Part shown: in pieces, positions 1 to 6,076 of the stretch | Numbering within the stretch: position 1 is the stretch's first letter | Layout: every line of letters begins with the position of its first letter | Origin: PVC group bacterium | GTDB taxonomy: Bacteria; GCA-001730085; JADFSZ01 | Reading direction: 5' to 3' | Length of the DNA: 13,013 nucleotides | Assembly (NCBI GenBank): GCA_022560555.1 | Contig: JADFSZ010000027.1 | Coordinates: 1 to 13,013 of the forward strand | The notes under the pieces: model-generated | What the model was told of the DNA's origin: nothing | Seen by the model: the letters and a program-made list of their open reading frames with translations, nothing else | The model's database searches: none | Position numbers and translations under genes: made by a program

Positions 1-98
1 TAAATAGTTTAAAACACAAGACACAAAGATGCAGAGAAAAATAAAGATTTCTTCAAATAACCTATGACATTGTAGCTTTTATTGGAGCGGAGCGATAG

Positions 99-1802
99 AT
101 GGATTTTAAGAAACAACAAATTATGTTAGGTGAGATTCTTCGCAATCATAATCTCATTACCTACGCTCAGCTGGATGAAGCCTTGGAAGTTCAGCCGCGA
201 ACAGGACAGCGTCTTGGAGAAATTTTGATCGATTTAGGCTATATTTCCGAACAAGACCTTCTCATGTCATTAAGCATCCAGGAGAGTATGCCCTATGTGG
301 ATCTTCAGAATGTTGATGTTTCTAAGGAGGCGGTCTCAAAAGTATCGGCTTCTATGGCTAAAGTCTACAAGGTAATGCCTCTGCAATATGATCAAAACAT
401 CCTCACTATCGCTATGGCAGATCCACTCAATGTGAACACCTTGGACGATTTACGGTTTATGTTGGGCTGCGAAGTCAAGGGTGTGATAGGCGACACGAGA
501 GATATCATGACTTTGGTTAGCAAATATTACGGTGCTGAAATGGAGTCAGTGGAAAGCCTTCTTGAAAGAATTAGTGATAGCGAGCATTTGTTGACGGAAG
601 CCGAAGAAGCCAAAGACGATCTTCAGGATCTTGAGTCTATGGTGAATGACGCCCCCGTTGTCAAATTGTTAAATTTAATTTTACTGCAAGCCGTTAAAGA
701 CGAAGCGAGTGATATTCACTTTGAGCCTTTTGATGATACTTTTCGTGTACGATACCGTATCGACGGTATGTTGTTCGAGATGGCCCCTCCTCCCAAACAC
801 CTCAGTCTGGCTATTACGTCCCGGATTAAAGTGATGGCAAATATGGATATCGCGGAAAGACGTTTACCCCAAGACGGACGTATCGGAATCAGTATTAAAA
901 AAAGACCCGTTGACCTGCGTGTGTCAACACTGCCGACCATCTTTGGCGAAAGTGTTGTGATGCGTGTTTTAGACAGAGGAGCCACCGCATTGGATTACCG
1001 TGATCTCGGAATGGAAAAAAACATCGAAGAGATAACACGATCCATCATTTATAAACCTAATGGGATTATTCTCGTAACAGGCCCTACCGGTTCCGGAAAA
1101 ACAACAACCTTATATTCGATGCTCAAAGAATTAAATTCGGAAGAGCGAAAAATTATTACCACGGAAGATCCTGTCGAGTATGACATGGATGGTATTATAC
1201 AAATTGCTATCAATCCCAAGATTGATTTGACGTTTGCGAGATGTTTGCGGTCTATTCTGAGGCAGGATCCGGATGTGATCATGGTCGGAGAAATTCGTGA
1301 TAGGGAAACGGCTCAAATTGCTGTCCAAGCATCCCTCACCGGGCATTTGGTATTGTCCACGCTTCATACGAATGATGCGCCTACGGCCGTGACACGGCTG
1401 ATAGATATGGGGATTGAACCATTTTTAATCACGTCCACTCTCGAATGTGTTATCGCTCAAAGGCTTGTCAGAAAATTGTGCTCGTTTTGCCGTGAAGCCT
1501 ATAGCCCGGATCCCTACATTCTAGATTCCTTAGAGCTCAAACCGGAAGAAGTCGGGGATAAAAAGTTTTATCGAGCCAAAGGATGCCCAAAATGCAACAA
1601 TACGGGATATAAAGGCCGAATAGGTATTTTTGAAGTTTTTGTTCTCTCGGATCGATTGCGGGAGATGATCCTCGATAAAAGGCCTTCTTCAGAGATTCGG
1701 GATGTTGGCGTTCAAGAGGGAATGTTGCTTTTACGCAAGGACGCTCTCAATAAGATTTTTGACGGAACATCCAGTTTTGACGAGGTAGTTCGCGAAACAT
1801 AG
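99..1802 (+). CDS. pilB: Type IV pilus / type II secretion assembly ATPase, PilB/GspE/MshE family, with N-terminal MshEN (T2SSE_N-type) domain
   Basis: 567-aa ORF with GGAG 6 nt upstream of the ATG. Walker A GPTGSGKTTT, Walker B region DPDVIMVGEIRD, His box TGHLVLSTLHTND, and tetracysteine CSFC...CPKC as in PilB-type secretion ATPases. About 145 aa of N-terminal helical domain (RLGEILIDLGYIS...). The subtype (PilB vs MshE vs GspE) cannot be settled from this window. Confidence 0.9.
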   Translation: MDFKKQQIMLGEILRNHNLITYAQLDEALEVQPRTGQRLGEILIDLGYISEQDLLMSLSIQESMPYVDLQNVDVSKEAVSKVSASMAKVYKVMPLQYDQNILTIAMADPLNVNTLDDLRFMLGCEVKGVIGDTRDIMTLVSKYYGAEMESVESLLERISDSEHLLTEAEEAKDDLQDLESMVNDAPVVKLLNLILLQAVKDEASDIHFEPFDDTFRVRYRIDGMLFEMAPPPKHLSLAITSRIKVMANMDIAERRLPQDGRIGISIKKRPVDLRVSTLPTIFGESVVMRVLDRGATALDYRDLGMEKNIEEITRSIIYKPNGIILVTGPTGSGKTTTLYSMLKELNSEERKIITTEDPVEYDMDGIIQIAINPKIDLTFARCLRSILRQDPDVIMVGEIRDRETAQIAVQASLTGHLVLSTLHTNDAPTAVTRLIDMGIEPFLITSTLECVIAQRLVRKLCSFCREAYSPDPYILDSLELKPEEVGDKKFYRAKGCPKCNNTGYKGRIGIFEVFVLSDRLREMILDKRPSSEIRDVGVQEGMLLLRKDALNKIFDGTSSFDEVVRET

Positions 1803-1830
1803 AGAAATATGGTATATTCTATAGAGATCT

Positions 1831-1858
1831 GTAAATCGTAAATCGTAAATGGTAAATG
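1831..1858 (+). repeat. Tandem heptamer array GTAAATC x2 + GTAAATG x2, followed by degenerate GTTAAGA
   Basis: Read directly: gtaaatc gtaaatc gtaaatg gtaaatg (gttaaga). It starts 28 nt after the pilB stop (1800-1802). It contains the 14-mer CGTAAATGGTAAAT (1844-1857), which recurs at 3170-3183 and in reverse complement at 3305-3318. Confidence 0.9.
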
Positions 1859-1893
1859 GTTAAGAGCAAAAGATCAAAAAAAGAAAACGGGCA

Positions 1894-1924
1894 ACTGAAA
1901 ACTGAAGACTGAAGACTGGAAACT
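1894..1924 (+). repeat. Tandem heptamer array ACTGAAA ACTGAAG ACTGAAG ACTGGAA ACT
   Basis: Read directly. It ends 8 nt before the pilC ATG (1933) and occupies the position where an SD would be expected. Confidence 0.9.
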
Positions 1925-1932
1925 CCTAGCAT

Positions 1933-3165
1933 ATGCCGAATTTTGAATATACCGCGATAAATTCCCAGGGCAAAGAACAGACCGGTATCATCGATGCCGC
2001 TGATCCGGCGAGTGCCATTAACAAAGTAAGGGATTTAGGCCTCTTTCCAACAGATGTTCGTATCGAGAAGAAAGCCGGTAAGGAGAAAAAAGGCTTCAAT
2101 CTCAATATCACTTTGTTTGAACCGACAAGGGTTAAAGCAAAAGAGATTACGGTTTTTTCAAGACAATTAGCAACACTGATCGACGCGGGATTGCCCCTGT
2201 TAAGAAGTCTGAACATCCTCCATGACCAGCTCAAACCCGGGGCGCTCAAAAACGCGTTAAAATCCGTAGCCGAAGATGTGGAATCAGGAAGCACGTTTTC
2301 TGAAGCCCTAGGAAAATTCCCTAAAGCGTTTGATAAGCTTTATATCAGTATCACGAAAGTCGGAGAAGTGGGCGGAGTGCTTGATGTGGTTTTAAATCGT
2401 TTGGCAGATTTTAGCGAAAAAAACGCGCGTTTGAAAAGCAGAGTAGCCGCCGCCATGATTTATCCGGCCGTTGTTATTGTTATGTCTATCGGCGTTATTG
2501 CTGTCTTAATGACGTTCGTCATCCCAAAATTTAAAGAGGTGTTTCGTGATATGGGAGAAGCGCTGCCGGGACCAACTTTATTTTTGATGAATGTGAGTGA
2601 TGCGTTTCGAGAAAAATGGCATTTGATGATCGTTGGGGTTGTGGGCCTCATTGTAGGATTTAAATATTTGAGAAAAATAGAAAAAGTACAATTCTATTTT
2701 GACCATATTCAACTGAAATTACCGATTGTCGGCCCCCTCGTTCAAAAGGTTGCCATCGCCAATTTTACACGGACATTGGGAACCATGATTGGGAGTGGTG
2801 TTCCCATTTTACAATCATTAAGCATTGTGAAAGACGCGATAGCGAATTCTGTTATTGCGAATGCCATCGAAAGTGTCAGGAGCAGTATTCGGGAGGGCGA
2901 AAGCATTGCCGCGCCTCTTGGGCAGTGTAACGTGTTTCCGCCGATGGTTGTGAGTATGATCGATGTCGGAGAAGAAACGGGTGTTTTAGATCAAATGCTT
3001 TTCAAAATCGCCGATAATTATGATGAGGAAGTTGATGTGGCTGTAGGGGCCTTGACATCTCTTATGGAACCCATTTTGATTGTGGTCATGGCCGTTATCG
3101 TCGGGTTTATTGTGATCGCGATGTTTATGCCGCTCATTGCCCTCATGGGATCGTTGACGGGGTAA
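1933..3165 (+). CDS. pilC: Type IV pilus / T2SS inner-membrane platform protein, PilC/GspF family
   Basis: 410-aa ORF directly downstream of pilB. The N-terminus FEYTAINSQGKEQTGIIDA...AINKVRDLGLFP is typical of GspF/PilC. There are two internal T2SSF-like repeats, each followed by hydrophobic segments (AAAMIYPAVVIVMSIGVIAVLMTFVIP; WHLMIVGVVGLIVGF; LMEPILIVVMAVIVGFIVIAMFMP). No clear Shine-Dalgarno precedes the ATG. Confidence 0.9.
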   Translation: MPNFEYTAINSQGKEQTGIIDAADPASAINKVRDLGLFPTDVRIEKKAGKEKKGFNLNITLFEPTRVKAKEITVFSRQLATLIDAGLPLLRSLNILHDQLKPGALKNALKSVAEDVESGSTFSEALGKFPKAFDKLYISITKVGEVGGVLDVVLNRLADFSEKNARLKSRVAAAMIYPAVVIVMSIGVIAVLMTFVIPKFKEVFRDMGEALPGPTLFLMNVSDAFREKWHLMIVGVVGLIVGFKYLRKIEKVQFYFDHIQLKLPIVGPLVQKVAIANFTRTLGTMIGSGVPILQSLSIVKDAIANSVIANAIESVRSSIREGESIAAPLGQCNVFPPMVVSMIDVGEETGVLDQMLFKIADNYDEEVDVAVGALTSLMEPILIVVMAVIVGFIVIAMFMPLIALMGSLTG

Positions 3166-3170
3166 AAGCC

Positions 3171-3198
3171 GTAAATGGTAAATCGTGATTTGTAAATC
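3171..3198 (+). repeat. Heptamer array of the same family: GTAAATG GTAAATC GTGATTT GTAAATC
   Basis: Read directly. It starts 5 nt after the pilC stop, and that stop itself lies in a related unit, GTAAAAG (3162-3168). It is followed by GTTTAAAAAC, which resembles bases 7-15 at the window start. Confidence 0.9.
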
Positions 3199-3303
3199 GT
3201 TTAAAAACGGAAAAATTAAAGAAGTAATTTTATTCAGAATCTGCCATTGAATTCAAAAGGAATGAGTTCTGCAAAATCCAGCCCAAATGTTTGAACTTTA
3301 AGC

Positions 3304-3324
3304 TATTTACCATTTACGAATTAC
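3304..3324 (-). repeat. Heptamer array of the same family on the minus strand: GTAATTC GTAAATG GTAAATA
   Basis: The reverse complement of 3304-3324 reads gtaattc gtaaatg gtaaata. The first unit contains the pepA stop codon (TAA, complement of 3321-3323). It is the inverted partner of the 3171-3198 array. Confidence 0.9.
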
Positions 3325-4805
3325 GGTTTTAAGTATTTTTTAAAGTTGAGGGCAAGCTCAACGAATGTTCGTACGCCGAATCCCGTTGCCCCTTCGTTAA
3401 AATATTTTTCCGGTTTCGTTGTGATAAAAGGTCCTGCAATATCAAGATGGGCCCATCGGGCTTTATCGGGAATAAACTCCTGTAAAAACAAGCCTGCGGT
3501 TATGGCTCCGCCGTATCCCGTACCAATATTATTTAAATCGGCATGCGGACATTCAAGCTGTTTTTTATAAGGGGGAAAGAGCGGAAGTTCCCAAAATTCT
3601 TCGCCCTGAACCTTTCCCGCGGCTTGAATGGCTTTGATAAGATTTTGTGTGTTCCCCATTACTCCGGCAATTTCTGTCCCAAGAGCGCGCACACAGGCCC
3701 CGGTGAGCGTGGCGATATCCACAATATAATCCGCTTTTTCTTTCTCGGCTCTCGCGAACGCGTCTGTGAGAACAAGACGCCCCTCCGCATCCGTATTATC
3801 GACATGAATCGATTTTCCGTTTTTCGCGAAAAAAATATTTCCGGGCATTTGGGCGCGTGAACCTATGGCGTTTTCGGCCGTGGCAATGATAGCCGTGACA
3901 TTAACAGGACAGTCCAGACGGGCAATGGCTTCCATCGTGAACAGAACCGCGGCTCCCCCGGACATGTCGCCTTTCATTTCCCACATTTCATTCGCGGGTT
4001 TGATCGAAATCCCCCCGGTATCAAACGTGATGCCTTTTCCGATAAGAAGGAGGTGTTTTTTATGCCCCCTTTTTTTGTATTTCATAGTGATAAGACGCGG
4101 AGGATGGATACTTCCTTTTCCGACAGCAATGAGAGCCGGATACCCAAGGCGCTTTAAATCCGACTCATTCAAGACTTCGCACGTTAAACCATGTTTTTTT
4201 GAAATCGAGCGCGCATGTTTCGCGAATGTTTCCGGGATGGCAACGTCACCGGGTTCATTGATGAGATCCCGGCAATGATTGACGGACTCACAAAGGACAT
4301 CTTGCCGATGGATGAGTCTCTTGGCCACGGAGGCATATTTTTGGGATGTCCAGAATTCGATTTCAGGTTGATACTTTGAAGGCGAGCTTTTATACTTGTC
4401 AAAAGTGTAAAACCCAAGAAGCATCCCCTGAAGAATGGGTGTGAAGTAAGGCCTCATGTCCGCGTCAGTTATAAGTACAGAGACTTTTTTGAGATTTAAA
4501 GGTTTGGTTTGCTTGAGAACGCGTGACGCGAGAATCCGGACAGCATCCCCGGGCTTGTAGAATTTAATAAGACCTTGAAATCCTAAAAAGATATATTGTA
4601 TGTTCGAAAGAACATCCCCCACGGGAATGAGTATGTCGCACTTTAATTTTTTGGCCTGGAAAAGCTGAATATATTTTTGAAGTATGGGCTTAATCGGCTT
4701 CGGGCAAGTCGATAAAAGAGTTCCTTTATTGGTGTCAGTTACAAAGACAGCTAAAAGATCCGTCGATAAGTTTTTGTCCCGGGTGTTTCTTTGTCTTAAA
4801 TGCAT
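3321..4805 (-). CDS. pepA: Leucyl aminopeptidase, peptidase family M17
   Basis: 494-aa ORF with AAGGAG 7 nt upstream of the ATG. It carries the M17 signature NTDAEGRLVL, plus GKGITFDTGGISIKP, MKGDMSGGAAV and DIATLTGAC in the catalytic C-terminal domain. Confidence 0.9.
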   Translation of the reverse strand: MHLRQRNTRDKNLSTDLLAVFVTDTNKGTLLSTCPKPIKPILQKYIQLFQAKKLKCDILIPVGDVLSNIQYIFLGFQGLIKFYKPGDAVRILASRVLKQTKPLNLKKVSVLITDADMRPYFTPILQGMLLGFYTFDKYKSSPSKYQPEIEFWTSQKYASVAKRLIHRQDVLCESVNHCRDLINEPGDVAIPETFAKHARSISKKHGLTCEVLNESDLKRLGYPALIAVGKGSIHPPRLITMKYKKRGHKKHLLLIGKGITFDTGGISIKPANEMWEMKGDMSGGAAVLFTMEAIARLDCPVNVTAIIATAENAIGSRAQMPGNIFFAKNGKSIHVDNTDAEGRLVLTDAFARAEKEKADYIVDIATLTGACVRALGTEIAGVMGNTQNLIKAIQAAGKVQGEEFWELPLFPPYKKQLECPHADLNNIGTGYGGAITAGLFLQEFIPDKARWAHLDIAGPFITTKPEKYFNEGATGFGVRTFVELALNFKKYLKP

Positions 4806-4828
4806 ACAACGTCTCCTTGTTTGTAGAC

Positions 4829-4852
4829 ATCCTGTTTGGGGGCCAAAAGGAT
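4829..4852 (-). other. Intercistronic stem-loop between the OmpA_C-LysM gene and pepA
   Basis: ATCCT(G)TTTGG ggg CCAAAAGGAT forms a 10-bp stem with one bulge and a 3-nt loop. It lies between the stop at 4881 and the pepA SD (AAGGAG, ~4812-4817). No U-tract follows, so it is more likely a processing or stability element than a terminator. Confidence 0.35.
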
Positions 4853-4880
4853 CATCGTGTTAGAAGATGAGTTAGAGAAC

Positions 4881-5840
4881 CTACTCTCTAGGAAGTTTAA
4901 TGATGGACCCGGCTCTTAGGTTGTTAGGATCTGAAATGATATCGCGATTCGCGTTGTAGATATTTTTCCATCGATGGGGCTTTCCGTACATGTCATTGGC
5001 AATGCTCCAAAGAGTATCGTTCTTTTTCACGGTATAATCTTCAAACGATACCTGAAGAGTCGATTCAAGGTCTTGTATTTCTAGAAGCTGTTCCTTTTTA
5101 TATTTCGCAAGCTCCTCCGGGGGAATGGGAATTTCGATAATATCGGCAACCATGAATTGCGCGTTACGGTCTTTTTGCATACCCTCAAAATCACTTACGG
5201 GGGCAACGGCATCCAGTTTTCCACGGCTCACAATTTTAATTCGATCGGCTGAAATGGTTTTGGCCAGCATATAATCTTGAATCGCCCGAGCTCGATCTTC
5301 ACCTAAAGCGTCGTTGTACTGTTCGGTGCCTCGGACATCGGTGTTTCCGGTAATGAGGATCGAGGTTTCCGGATGTTTTTTTAGAACGCGAACCGCGTCA
5401 TGGAGGATCCCCAGGGCATCTTCGCGTAAATCAGATTTATCGTAGTCAAAATAAATTTTCACGTTCTTAAGAATTTTCTTGATAACAATGGCCGGTTCAC
5501 CTTTTTCTATATCGCCGGGGATAATTTTCCACACATAGACAAAACCGCGATTTCCCCAAGGCAGATATTCCCCGGGGACTTCCGGCCACCACCACATGCC
5601 GTGTTTATCCGGATTGTCATCAGGAACCGGCCCGGGCTGTGCGTCCGACGGCCACCACTGAAATGTTGATGTGTGCGGCCCTTGGTCGACTTTTTCCAGC
5701 TGCTGGGCTTTTTCATATTCTTCAGGGGTGACTTGAAAAAATGGTTGTGCCGGATTGTCTTGGGCTGCGACGTACGTAGCAACGCTGAGGAGGAGGGAAC
5801 ATATAAATGTTACAAAGAATGGGTGCCTGTAGCTGGACAT
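4881..5840 (-). CDS. Secreted peptidoglycan-binding protein: signal peptide, Trp/Pro-rich region, OmpA_C-like domain, C-terminal LysM
   Basis: 319-aa ORF with GAGGAG about 7 nt upstream of the ATG. The N-terminal hydrophobic signal [19 protein letters not shown]|QD looks like an SPase I site, not a lipobox. OmpA_C-like core [12 protein letters not shown]...[29 protein letters not shown] (residues ~125-232). LysM at residues ~269-317 ([18 protein letters not shown]...AGSIIKLP). Confidence 0.8.
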   Translation of the reverse strand: MSSYRHPFFVTFICSLLLSVATYVAAQDNPAQPFFQVTPEEYEKAQQLEKVDQGPHTSTFQWWPSDAQPGPVPDDNPDKHGMWWWPEVPGEYLPWGNRGFVYVWKIIPGDIEKGEPAIVIKKILKNVKIYFDYDKSDLREDALGILHDAVRVLKKHPETSILITGNTDVRGTEQYNDALGEDRARAIQDYMLAKTISADRIKIVSRGKLDAVAPVSDFEGMQKDRNAQFMVADIIEIPIPPEELAKYKKEQLLEIQDLESTLQVSFEDYTVKKNDTLWSIANDMYGKPHRWKNIYNANRDIISDPNNLRAGSIIKLPRE

Positions 5841-5919
5841 AAACGAACTCCTCTAAAATATCATGCCTGTGTGAAAAGTGAATGTTCAGATCTTTATTTT
5901 TCGGAAAGTCGAGAACAGT

Positions 5920-5948
5920 ATTATATTGAAACTGACTTGAAAAATCCA
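5920..5948 (-). promoter_or_regulatory. Possible promoter for the OmpA_C-LysM / pepA unit
   Basis: On the minus strand: perfect -10 TATAAT (5925-5920), 17-bp spacer, weak -35 TGGATT (5948-5943), about 80 nt upstream of the ATG at 5840, in a 203-bp AT-rich gap. Confidence 0.3.
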
Positions 5949-6036
5949 GAAAAATTTGAAAATTGAAATCAAAAACAGAATATACGTATCTATTTTATAA
6001 ATAAAGGCTTATGATAGATTATTAGAAGTTGAGACA

Positions 6037-6076
6037 CCGGGCCTTCACGCCCGGGCTTCGGGGGAGGCCCGAAGCC
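6037..6076 (-). terminator. Two adjacent GC-rich hairpins at the 3' end of waaA (non-canonical terminator or 3' stabiliser)
   Basis: Hairpin 1 has a 9-bp perfect stem, 6054-6062 / 6068-6076 (GGCTTCGGG / CCCGAAGCC), with a 5-nt loop. Hairpin 2 has a 6-bp stem, 6037-6042 / 6049-6054 (CCGGGC / GCCCGG), and the waaA stop codon (6045-6047) lies in its loop. No U-tract follows on the transcribed strand, so intrinsic termination is uncertain. Confidence 0.4.

Noticed and set aside
1-98. A promoter for pilB (sigma70, or sigma54 GG-N10-GC as often found for pilus genes) upstream of the gene.
   Set aside because: I found no hexamer pair with acceptable spacing and no TGGCAC-N5-TTGC-like element. pilB may be co-transcribed with a gene upstream of the window, which begins with TAA.
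1803-1820. AT-rich imperfect hairpin just after the pilB stop (AGAaATAT-ggt-ATATTCT), considered as a pilB terminator.
   Set aside because: The stem is only 7 bp, nearly all A-T, and bulged, with no U-tract. pilC follows in the same orientation and is probably co-transcribed.
1831-1924. The heptamer arrays as a CRISPR array or degenerate CRISPR remnant.
   Set aside because: The units are 7 bp and directly abutting with no spacers. That is far below CRISPR repeat length, and no cas genes are present.
3262-3294. A 10-codon mini-ORF (MSSAKSSPNV) with an adjacent AAGGA in the pilC/pepA spacer.
   Set aside because: It is too short to assess. The purine run abuts the ATG with no spacer, and there is no supporting evidence. 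Chance occurrence is likely in AT-rich sequence.
5673-5966. 97-aa + strand ORF that extends into the waaA/OmpA-LysM intergenic gap.
   Set aside because: Its first two-thirds is antisense to the OmpA_C-LysM gene. The remainder is AT-rich promoter-like sequence. It has no SD and no recognisable protein features.
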